Shown here: positions 34,972-46,900 of the stretch, piece by piece
How positions within the stretch are numbered: position 1 is the first letter of the stretch
Layout of the letters: each line of letters begins with the position of its first letter
Source: Raillietiella orientalis
Lineage: Eukaryota
NCBI GenBank assembly: GCA_036172245.1
Contig: JAYWIR010000050.1
Coordinates: 558,001-622,000, forward strand
DNA length: 64,000 bases
Direction of reading: 5' to 3'
Translations under genes and position numbers: made by a program
The notes under the pieces: model-generated
What the model was told of the DNA's origin: nothing
Database searches by the model: none
The model's input: the letters and a program-made list of their open reading frames with translations, nothing else

Positions 34972-37900
34972 ATGGCGGAGTTTCGCCGCGCCCCGTTGAT
35001 CCTCAGCCTGGTTTTGTTCCACCAAGTCCACCTCTCGTTGCCAGGGAACAGCCTGCGTGCTCCCCCCCCGGACCGGGAGAGCGGAAACGGCAGCTCGTTC
35101 GCATGGCTGGACGCCTCCGTCCCTTGCGGAAGGGCAAGGTCCGACCTGAGAGAGCGAATACTAAGGGGGAAAAATGTACCACCGCACAAATACCCATGGC
35201 AGGTACAGGATGACGGTTGGTCCATGGGGGGTCGCAGGCGGGTGACGAAGCACCCTCCGCGCCGGGCATGCGACCCAGCAGCATCCCGGCGATGCCCGTT
35301 GGGCCGGGCGCTTCCGCTGAAACGCGCCGTGCGGCCTATGGGGTCGCTCTCCTCGGCTCGGCCTCCCGCGGCGTGCCGGTCACGCCAGGCAATTTGCGCC
35401 CGGCGTGGAGGGGGCGCTTTCGCCAGTCCTTTCTCCCGGCCCCCTCTCTCTCTTCCCCTGCCCTCCGGCGCGCGCGGCGGTAGCTGGCGCGCGAGCCGGA
35501 GAATGACGACCCTGTGTCCTGGAGAGGTCTTGATGCACGTCTGGAGAGGCCCCAGCTACGGGTACTGCGGCGCCGCCCTCATCAACGGGAGATTCATCTT
35601 GACCGCAGGTCACTGCCTCGCTCCACTGGCGTGAGTTGCCCGTTCTTGCGCAGCGGATGGGGAGGTTCCAGCCCTCCCGCATTTTCCAGAGAGGGATCGG
35701 AAGTCCCGGACGTCATCCACGCTCTTCTCGGCAGGCACCGATTCGTCCTGCCGTCCCAAAAGATGCACTTCAACAACATCCGTGGTTACTGCATGCACCC
35801 CAAATTCGCGCTGAACTGCCACCTGCAGTGCCCGGACGTGGCCCTGGTCGAGTACGTTCCGCCGCGGTCGCAGCGGGGTCAAACTCGGGGCTGCAGGCTG
35901 GATCGGGAGGTCGAGTTCAGCGACCTGGTGGCTCCCATCTGCTTGCCTCCTCCGTCTATGAGCGTCCCGTCCATGGGCCCAGGGCCTTTCACCGTCGCCG
36001 GATGGGGCATCACGGAGAAGCAGGAATACCCTAAGGTCATCCAGGAGATCCAGCTGCGGATGTACCCGATCGTCCTGTGCAAGCGGCAGATCAAGAAATT
36101 TGACGAGGTCTCCGACGACAGGTCGCCTAAGCTCTTTTGCCTTACGCCGAAGAAGGCCAAGAGCAGCGTTTGCAAGGTGCGAGACTTGCTGACCTTTCGC
36201 CTTCCTTCCCGTCTCTCGGTCCCCCTTGCTCTTTCCCAGCCTGCGGATCGGGTTGGGTGGAAACATTTCCCTCCGGCTGCTGCCCTTCCATCTCCTGAGA
36301 TTTCCTTTCTTTCGTTTCCCTTTGCGAGGAGCACCGCCACGTGCCCCGGCGATCACGGTTCTCTTTGGTACGTGCGTGCATCGCAAGCACTTGCATATAC
36401 TGTACGGATGGAACCCCACGTTGAGGACATCGCCACAGCCCCCGCAACCTCTTCGTGGGGAGAGAGGGCCGAGTCAGTCACCTGAGAGGCGCGTGGTGTC
36501 GCCGCGGACGGGGGTGCTCTTCCGTATCTGGATTGACGCTCGTTTTCTTCTTCCCTCGCTGCTGCCTCCTCCCTGCCTTGTCTCGCTTCGGTCGGGGAAG
36601 GACGAACGGCTCTCCTCTCCATGCTGCGTCCATCTCGGCTTCTGAGTGATGCAGCGTCCGCAGCGGCATCTGATGTCGATACGTTTTATTGGTCCTCGTC
36701 GCGATGGCCGACAAGGTTCCACCGGTAGATGGCAGTGCAAGTTCCGCTGTCTGAGGAAATGCTGAGCCCCCGTGAAATTACATATATATCTACATAGAAA
36801 TCATTATCATGTATCAGTGCATCATTCACCACCACCGCTTTTATTGAGGGTACTCTTCGCCACCATTTTGAAGAGAATTACTGGAAAAACATTTACGGCG
36901 CGCAACACGAATGCTCTTCGTGTGCCACAGGTTTTTGTTTCCTCTAGGAAACAAAAATGATATCCTTGCTGCCGATCAGCTTGAATGCCGCGTGCTCCGT
37001 GGCTGCTTGGCATTTATCTCTGTGAGATGTAGAGGATCGGCCGCAGGAAGAATTTCTGGGTTTTGCTCGGGATGCGGATGGCTAATTTTCGGCAGCGCCA
37101 CTCGCGGAACCATCTGGAGGGAGGGCAGGGAGGGGGGAGGTTGCCGATGAAATAAAAGCACACGAACGTTTGCGGACGCTTCGTTTGCCAGCAGTGGCTC
37201 GCCCTTTCGGTTGCTATCTCCAGGGTCGAGGTGGATCGGAAGATGGGTAGAGGGCACGCTGCCACGCCTGGGAGGAAAGCGGAGCCGACGCCTTCCTCCC
37301 TGCCTGCTTGCTTTCTCGCAACTGGCCGTCCGATGCGCAGCGGGCGCTTGCGCCGTCCGCTCTGGGCGCCTTTGCTCTTCCCGTCAATCTGACGAACGCG
37401 CCTCTGGGTCCCATCTCTCTCCTTCCATCCGGGAAGTCCTTCCCCCTCCCCATCAAAATAAAAACCCTCTCTGCTCCGCTCCCGTCGTTCAACCCGCGCT
37501 GGAGACTAGGCCGTGCGGCAGCGGTCTCCGTGCGCGCGGCACTAGACGTCGTGAGTTTGAATCCCCACCCAGGAGTCATGGAGGGTGCGTCTCGTGGGTC
37601 TCGATTCCCCCAACCCCATTCCCGCAGGATGACCCACAAGCTTCGGGATGCGGCGCTGGCGGAAGCCAGAAGCCGTCGGACGCCCTCTCAGACTGACCGG
37701 GATTGAAAGTGGACCTTCCGGGGTCCTCCTAGGAAGCCAGGAGTCGGTTACCTTCGGGGTTCACCTCCGGTTGTAAAAATGGAGCCTTCCCTCGCTTCTT
37801 CCTCGAGAGGAAGGGGGGGGACCCTCCATCGCGTGGTATCATGGAGCTGGATGGTTGCGTCTCCGCGCTGCCTCCTTCGAGAGCAGCCCCCTTCAGGGAA

Positions 37901-40900
37901 ATCGGGAAGCGTTCCTTCGGGGTTCTCCCCGGACGAGGAAAGCCGGGAGCAGATTCTTTCCGGGGGTCCCTCCGGAGAGAAAAAAAGAGAGAGGTTCCCT
38001 TGGGAGTTTCCTCCCATACGCCAGCAGGTCATTTTCGGTGTGCCTGCGGGAAAGACGGAAGACGGAAGCTGGCGCCAGGCTTTTCCTGTGTGCTGGAACC
38101 CCCTCGCTCTGAGGGAACGTCCAGCGAAACGCATGCTTCGAGCCGTGCGGATGCGGTAGAGACGCCCCCTACACCCCATCCTCATCGTTCGTATCCTCGT
38201 TTTCGAGCTCCTAGCTCCCCTTCTGGGTATCTTTCATTACGAAGAAGGAGGGGTGGAGCGCGGGGATTCTTTGTCTTGGGGCGGAGCTCGCGCCGCTCTC
38301 TGAAAAATTCTTCAGAAGGAAGGGGGAGGGAAGACATTGTTCCAGGCAAACGGGAGAGCCGGGTGCCAGGCCGGGGGTCATCGAGACGGCAACAAAAACG
38401 AACGGTGCGCCTGCGTTCTGTTGCCGGGTAGCCCGCAGGGCGCCGCCCGGTCTGTCAGCGGAAGAGCCGGTGGCAGCGGAGGCGGCGGGCGTTCCGGAGG
38501 AGGGAAGGCGCCCGTCGCGGCGGGGGGGGGAAGTGCGCTGCTCCCCTGCTGCATCCCTCTCAGTCCCAAACCCCACATTTGCCTTGGTAACCGGGCTTCC
38601 CTCCCTTCGCGCGCGCGCGTTTTCCGGGAAAGTTTCTTTCGCCCCCCTCGGCCCACCACCTACCTCGCGGAGCCCGGCTGCTGCTGCTGCTGCTGCCCCT
38701 CTTCTCTGCCGTGCCTGCGCCTCGAAATCCGGCGGGAACTCGTGGGAAGCAATGCTCCTCCCCCGAAGAAGGGGACGCGGCCAGCCGGCCCTGCCTCTCT
38801 GGCTCGGAACCTCTCCGCCTCAGAAGGTGCACGTCCCCTCCAGCCCGCCCACGCCTGAGCCCTGCCGCTTCCCCTTTGTCAGCCCCTGCTTTTCCCTGAT
38901 TGAGCACCAGTCTCAGAGGATGCCTCGCCCTTCGTACGAGGTCTCTGCGCCGCAGGTGCCGGATGAAGCTGGTCTCCTCTCGGAGGGAGGGGGGACGACT
39001 GGCACTGCCGCATTCCTTGAGCGAACCTGACCTGACCCCCTCCCTCACGCACACCCCTTGGAAGTCACCGACGAGCGAACGGAGCGAGCCGTGCTCCACA
39101 GTTTGGGGGCGGAAAATCCTTGAAAAAAAAACGGGGCGGAAGGGTTAAGATGCGCATTCTGCCTGGACCGCTTGGGGGAGGGTCGGGTTCTTTCTTCTGG
39201 ATGACCCCACTCGCGCGATCCTTGTGAAGGAGGTGGCCTCGTCCCTGGACTCAATCCAGGCGTTTGCCTCCCTCGGCCTCCCCTTCACCAGGCCAACGTC
39301 CGGTTCAAATCCCCTCACACTCCCGCCCTCCTAGCAGCTTCTTCCTGGATGCGACGATTCCGAGCCACTGACCGCCGCAAAGGGGTCGCTGCCCCTCGAC
39401 ATCCGTCCCTCGCCGCGCGTTCCTACCCGGGAGGGAAATCTCCTTGGGCATCTTCTCCCGCTGCACGGTTGGCCCTGCCCCTCTGCCGCCGGCGTCGCCA
39501 CCCCTCACCTGAAGGAGGGAGAAGACCCTTCACCCCCTCTGGACGCCTTCTGCACCCCTGGGGTCCACGGGCCGCTTCGCATGCCCGACCTCCCTCTCCC
39601 TCTCCGTGGAGAGCTCACGGCTCGGTGACTTGCCTCTGAGCCTTGGGGGGTGTCCGCCACAAATCGCGTGCCTCCCGCAGCGCAGATTCTCTTTCCCTCT
39701 GCCTCCTTTCTGGGAGTCTCTCGGACCCCGGGTCACCGTCCTCCGCTTTAAAGGGAGGTCGCCCCCTCCTCCCCCGCCCGCTCTACGACGGCGGCGCGCC
39801 GGGCGGAGGAGCGAAGCTCCGACTTCTCCGGCGGCGGCAGGGTGCCTCCCCCTCCCTCATCCCCCGACTCCCGCGTTCTGGGGTCGCCGCGCTGCGGCGG
39901 GGGCGCTCATCGACGGCGGAACGCGAGGCGTCGGCGGCGGCGTACAGGAAGCGGGCGGGAGGCAGGCAACTGACGCGAAGTCGAAGAGGCAGTAGCACAT
40001 CCAGAGCGAGTCTCCTTCTTCTTCTTCCTTTCTGCCCCCCCTTCCTCCTACCTTCTCCCCGGGGGGGAGAGCGTGCAGCCAGCTCTGAAATCTCCTTCTC
40101 TCCCTCTCCCTCCTGCTGCCCCTCCCACGGAAAGGGCGATTCTGGAAGCAGCGTCATGTTCACGAGAAACGGCGTGTACTACACGGTGGGTGTGGTCTCG
40201 CTTTCCCTGAACGAGAGGTGCGAAGGAGTCAGCGTCCATGCAAGGCAAGTACCCTCCTGCCTCGGGGACGATAGAGGGGGGAGAAGAGGGAAGGAAGAGA
40301 CGGGCAGGCGCGAAAACAGCGGCCCCAGCCTCAGGGCTGCCTCTCATCCATCGGTCTGAGGCGCGCCAGAGTCCGAGGGCCCCTAAGGGGTGTCCTCCGG
40401 GGCCTCCCATCCGGGAACATGCTGTCTGCCGCCTTCAGGAAATGCTCAACTTGCCGGTCGTGGTATTCCTACACGTTTGCTAAGCGACCCTCACCCCACC
40501 CAACACCACAGAGCGCCCCCACGTGCTCTCGACTACACTGAAACCTGCTACTGAGCCTACGTGACTTCACCCAAGCCGCCCAGGGCTACCCTGCAATGCC
40601 CCACAAGCAGCCGCAGCTTCTCCAGAGAATCCACCTTACAGGCTGACCCTAACTTGACCCTCGAGCACGCGAACTCACGCTCGGCTGCCATGGATATGAC
40701 CTGCGCCATCCTCATCTCACCCGCGAACAAGAATTCCGGGAGAAGGTTTTTTTTTAGGGTTGGCCCCGTCTCCCCGTCGATGTGGCTCCCTCGTTTCCAA
40801 GCGCCAGAGGAAAAAAAAAAAGAAAGACGACCGCAGGGGGGTCTTATGCCTCCCCCGCACGTACTCCCCCTCAACTCGAAGGGCTCACTGGAGCGCAGGG

Positions 40901-43900
40901 CAGGTGGGTAGGGAGCGAGAGAGGAGGGAGCGGCGGTGGGCCCCGCGGCATCCATTGGGAACGAGGCACTCGTTTGTCTCCAGGCGAGGCGCCTGCGCGG
41001 CAAACGAAGGCAAAAAGAAGAGGCGAAGGTGGCGATCACGTGCTGAGTGGAAGGAAAACGCTGCTGCCGCTCGGGAAGAGCGAAGATAAGCCGCCTACGT
41101 GCGCTGCTAATTCGGGATGCCACGAGAGTTCTCCAGCTGCCTCCGCCGCAGGTGTTCCGCATCCCGCCCGGTGCACCTTGTCGGTGGGTGGCGGAGTTCC
41201 TCACTCCTTCCGACGGAAGAGGGAGGATTCGTTGACCTCTCCTTTCCCACGCCCAGAGCCGAGCGGGGCCGTTCTGCTGTGACGGGTGCGGCGTGAGCCG
41301 ACCGAGGTCTGCCGCAAAAGCGCACGCTCTCGGGGGAGCACGGGGTCTCCAGGAGAAGTCTCCTGGCGACCACCAGGGCGCTTTCGCGACAGGTCGCCTA
41401 TTTGGCACATGCCTGAGGTCCTAAGAGGTGGACCGCATGCTCCGGTGAGAGGTGCGAGGGGCGGGATAGGGCACAGAGGTCACGTAAGTTCACGTTCGTG
41501 CTCTCCAGCCACGCTCCCCCTGAGTTAGCTCCTCAAGCAGTCGGCACGCGCTCTGACCCGGAAGTGATGCAGGGACGGGACGCGGAAATGCCAGCCAGCT
41601 GCACATTCCTTCCTAGGATTCACCCTGCGTGCTCGTGAGAGGAAAGCAAAGGCGACCCCTCCCTAAGTTCTTCCGGGTAGAGCGGCTCCGTGATCGCCAT
41701 CGAGCGGGGGTCGCCTCTGCTCCCCGTGCGGCTTCCGCTTGCGTCGTCCGGGTCTGCATGCCGCCGCCAGAAATCTCGATCCTTCCGAGGATCCGGGAAA
41801 GGAAGGATCATAGGAGAGGCTGAAGAAACGAGGTATCTCGGCGGAACTCGACCCTCGGTGCTCCTCTTCCCCGAGCTTGGACCTTCCAGGTCCAGGTACG
41901 CTCCGGGGCCTCTCGGGATCAATTGGGGATTAAGCTCCGGGGTCTTCGCGAACAGGCACGCCGGTTTCCGCCGGAATCCGGAAGCTGCACGCAAGCGGGC
42001 CTGCCTCACGCAGATGATCTGGAGAGTTCTTTCTTTCCGGAGTGGCGCGGCCGGTCCCAGGCGCGTCCCCAGCTGCGATCGCGTGCTACCTCGGCCTCTG
42101 TGCAGACCACGGGTCACATCCGAAGGGACACGAAAACCCTAGTGATGCCTCTACCTCGGGGCGGCGTTGAAGCCCGCCATTTTCGATGAGGCCCCCCCTG
42201 TCGCTAGGGTCCCACGCTCGCTCGGCGCCGAGAACCCTCGCAACGCTCCCTTTTGCTCTCCCGCGTTGTCCCCTGCCCCTTCTCGGCCTTAAGCTTGCAC
42301 GCACCCATGTCCGGGAGAGGGTCGCCAGGTGGACGAGCGGACGGTCCGAGGAGAACCGCGCCCGCCCGTTCGTAGTCGTGGCGTGGAATGCAAATTCCAC
42401 GCGCAACTCTGGACGGGGCATGCGCGCGCGTGTGGGGAGCAGGCGCGATCCCTCTCTCTCACGTTGCGCCGTGAAGGCCGAGAGCTGAGATGGCACCTTC
42501 GCGGGGGAACGGTGCCCGCGGGCAGCGCGCGGGTATCCAAGAGTGGGTGGAGCTTCTGTGCTCGGGGAAGGACGGGTGCTGCCGGTGGGATAGGAACCGG
42601 CGTCCTTGAGCTCCTCTGCGGGGGGTTCCGCCGCCGTGCCAAGCGTGCGCCACCGTGCCAACCTTGCGCGCTGGATAAAATCCGTTGTCATCGTCGTCGG
42701 AGGGGAGGGGGGGAGGATGCGACTGCGCAGGTCCGCCTCTCGGTCCGGGAAAGGGGTCGGGAGGGAGTCAGCCGTTGCCGCTCGCGTTTTCTCCCCCTTT
42801 CCTCGCGAGGAGACGCGCGCGCCGTTTCCGGAAACTCGGATGCACCGTCTCCACCGCCTCGTCCGACCATCCGACCACAACGGTTCGCTTTCCACGTTCG
42901 TCGTCCACCGGCTGGGGTGAGGGGTGGAGCGCACCGCCGGGATTCGAACCCGCTCGGCTCCGGAGGGCTTCTGCCACCGTGCCAAGCGCTCGACCATTGT
43001 CTCTGCGCGGGCATAAAAGGCGTTGTCCCGTCGTCGTCGTCGGGGGGGGGGGGGGGGGGAGGGATCCGACTGAGCAGGTCTGCGCTCGCAGCGGGTGCCG
43101 TCCGAGCGGGCGCAGGACGTTCCCGGAACTCCCAGCTCCCTCTGGACGGCTCGTCGTTCTCGGGTTCCCGGGACGGCGGACAGATACTCGCGCAGGGGGA
43201 GGGAGTGGAAGGGTGGGAGCTCTCCTTTTCTTTCGCGCGCCACTGTGGAGGCTGCCAGCGCCAAGGGGCTGCACGCTTACCCCGGTAGGGTGGCGGCACG
43301 GCTACCTTCTTTCAGGCGTGGGGTCCGACCGCAAGGAGGAGTGCGCCTCTCATTTCGTCGAAAGGTCGACCACCGAGGAGATGCGGGGCGGCTGCATGGA
43401 AAGTTCCTCGACTTGCCCTTGTGTGGTCGAAAGGCTCCGAAAGTCGGATGTGGTGGCTGGTCGTCTGTGGCGAGTCGGACGGGTCGAGGTCGAAGCCGAG
43501 CCTCTCGGATGGCGCCGGTAGGGTGCAGGTTCGCGAAGAGGCGAGGGTGCGCGCAGCTGGTGCTTCCTCTAGAAGGGAGGCAGCGAGAGAGTCCCGAAGG
43601 AGGGTGCGCCTTTCGGGGGTCCGCTCGCGGCTGCGTCGCTTGGGGCCGTGAAGCCACGTAAAGTCAGTTTTTCTTTTTTTTTTCCCGTTTTGCCCCCTTT
43701 TCTCTCCTTGCTGTCGTTGCTGCCCTTTGCTTTTGTGCTCCGTTTTCACCCGTCTGCGTACGTGAGGAACGCGCGTGAGCATCGGAGAGACTCGTTCCGG
43801 CCCGCGCGCCACCTGCCCCGGCCGGCGCGAGCCGTCACAACCCACCGGATGGTTTGCGTTCCTCGTTGGAACCGGCGGAGGGAGATGCGCGCATCCCATT

Positions 43901-46900
43901 TGGCGCGTTCAGGTAGTCATTACCGTCGATTGCTTATCCGTCGCCACAGTTTGATGGATGGAGCTCTGACTGTTGCTTTCTAGGCATTACCACCACGCAA
44001 ATATCCACGGCATGCGTTGCGGATGGCTCACATTTTGCATGGAATCCATTACACTCGTCGTTTTTGTTGTTGATCGCATTTAGATATTTTTACCAGATCA
44101 GATTAAGATCGAAGGAAGCTGGATCTGATGCGGATCGATCGTGTTCTGATAGAGAACGGCGAATGTGGAACGAGGCTGGATGCCGTTCCATCACGGAACG
44201 GCTGAAGGAGAAACGGCGGCTTAACGACCCGCACGCGGAGGGGATGCAGGCGACGCACGCGTTGAGCCGCGCGCTCAGCGAAGGAGCGAGCTCGGCGGCC
44301 GGAAGTCCCTGAAGAACCCTTCCTCCTTCCCCCTCCCTCCTTCTTACACCACTCTCCTGCTTCCCCGTGAGAAGGCGCGCTTGCCATCCAGGAGGTCGCA
44401 CCGGGGGTCTGCACACTCCATGCCTCCCTCAGAGGCCGCTCTCCGGACGAACCGACGACGTCTTTCCGAGAGACAGAGAGTGGATCGTGTGAGGCTCCCA
44501 TCCCGGTGGGTGGCGCGCTTCCAGGACACGCCTTCCCTCGAAGGCGCCCGTCTTCGCGATCCGTCGAGTGGAAGCAGCCTTGGGTACCGTGGTGGCAGCT
44601 GCAGAAAAGCTGGCCTCCGGGGAGGAGGAGCAAGGGCTGCTCTGGTTCTTGGAGGTGGGACGGAGGAAAAGGAGGACGGGAGGAGCGAGCGAGCGCGCAG
44701 CACTTACGCACGGGTCTCTCCGTCCAAGAGACTCCGACCCCTGCGGGACACTCCTAGGGGCACCACGCATCTGCTTGCTCTTTCACGGAAAGAAAAAAAA
44801 AAATCGAAAATGCAGCAAGAAACCGGCAAAACCAGGAATGCCAGCCATCGGCGCATCTCTGGAATGCTCTCCGTCGCAGCATCCTCCCGATAAACGAAAA
44901 ACGAACGAACGAGAAAACGCCGCAGTTCTCCCGGCGAGGCGGGACGGTCGCAGTGTTCTCCTCTTCCTGCCTCCGTTCCTCTCCCCCTCTCCCCCTACGA
45001 CCGGCGGAGCCCGTCTTCGACTCGGCTGCTTCCAACAGATATCGCGCCGCGGATCAAAAGTCTCTCCTCTCTCGGAGGTCGGCTGATCCCGCTTCCAGAT
45101 GCGGAGGGGACCGAGCCGTCCCTCGCGGTCCTGGGCAAACGGTGCGAGGGCTCCTCCCGCAATGGCAGCCGACCCCACGCCAGATCTGCCCGCTTGATCT
45201 GAAGGGGCGTGCGGTGCAACGGGGCAGCGTTGGGCAGCATGGAAATCAGCTTGGGAAAAGTTCGATAATGCAATCGCAACGACTGGTCGATATGCAGATA
45301 ACCGCCGCGATCTGATGGGCCGTGATTTGATTTCTGAAACTCTTCCAGTGTCGTGGACGTGGTCCCCTGGATAAACGGGATCCTGCAGTACGGGCGATCG
45401 GAGGAAAACTGCAGCTACTTCGTACAATGTGCAAAAAGCCAGTGCCTGGCCCTGAGCCGACCGGACATCCAACGTAGGCCCACCCCCACGATCGTGCTCC
45501 CCAATCGAGTGGCGCAACGATGCCTGGGCCGTTCCTTCCTGCCTATTTGTTTTTGTTTTTTCCCCCTTTTCTTTCGCGCTGAGCGCGTTCCGGGCTCGTC
45601 GTGGCGGAGCTTCGCCAATAGGCGCTTTGCAACTCGTGGGCCCGAAGTGCAGAGGCGGGGAGCCAGCGAATGCCTATGCTTCGCTCTCCTGGCGACGAAG
45701 GTGTGCGTGTGTGTGTGTGGGGGGGGGGGGGGGGGGGGAGGATTCCCCACCTTCACCATCTCCCCCCCTCTTTTCTCCGTTTTCCATGATTCGGTGTTCG
45801 ATATCGCATCTCTCGATAGCTCGGGACGCGATATCTCCCAAGGCGGCGGTGATCTTTCGGGCTCTTTCCCCTCCCTCCCTTCCTTTTCCTTTCGACGGGA
45901 GGTTCCACGGGCACGCACGCCGTCGACGACCCGGCAGCGAAACAGACGACGGCTCCTTCGGAAAGTCTTCCAGCGGTGGGACGCAATCCAAGATTCCCGG
46001 AGGTGGGAGCGAGCGTTCCCTGGGGGAGGAGGGGGCTGCTGAGAGGGTGTACCGCAAAGCTCCGAAAAGAGTAAACGGAGGAGGGTGGAGGGGGAGAGAG
46101 TGGGGAAATTCCTCGGGGTTGCTATTCGCATCGCTGTCACCGGAGTCGCTGCTTCGTGCGCGTACGGGAACTCTCAAACCTTCTCTGGATGCGTCTCCGC
46201 GGAGACTCAAACCAGCCACTGTTTTGGCAACCGCCCGTGCGTGCGTGCGCGCGCGCGAAGTTCCCCGGTCGGGAAGGGAACGAGCAGCAAAGCACGGGAC
46301 GGACGGATTCCCCGCTCCGTTCCTCGCCGGGACCGTTCGAGCGGTCGCACGCCGCCTGCGTAGCCTCGCGCCTCGGTTCGGACGTGGCGACGAGCTGGCT
46401 GTGCGGCGCCGGATATGAGGCGGCGGTCCAGCTGCTGCCCCGGAAACGGGAAGCGAAAACGTTTCCCGCGGCGGCGGAGCTTGGCTCTCCCGCGCTGGGC
46501 AAAGCGCGGGAGCAGGGCTCGCGCCGTTCCCTCGACTCCTCCCCTCCCCCCCCCCCCCGTTTTTTCCCTCCGTAGAGGACCGCGCATCCGGGTGTCCGCA
46601 GAAGCTCGCGTGAAGAGCAACGCGACCACGAGGGATGACCGCGTGGGGAGGGGGAAGGGAGGGGTGCGGGCGGAAAGTGTCCTTCGACGTTTCAGCGTCC
46701 TTCTCTCCCGACGGCAACGTCGACGAGCAGCTAAGAGAGAGAGTGGGAGGAGGGTAGGAAGTGGGAAATTCAGCGGTGATGTACGGCGGCGCGGTGCGTC
46801 TTTGTAGGGTTTCGAAAGCGGCGGACGGGGCGCACTCCGATCTTCGTTTTACGTGGCTCAGAGGCTGCTGCGCCGCATGCACTCTCCAGCAAGGGTTGCG

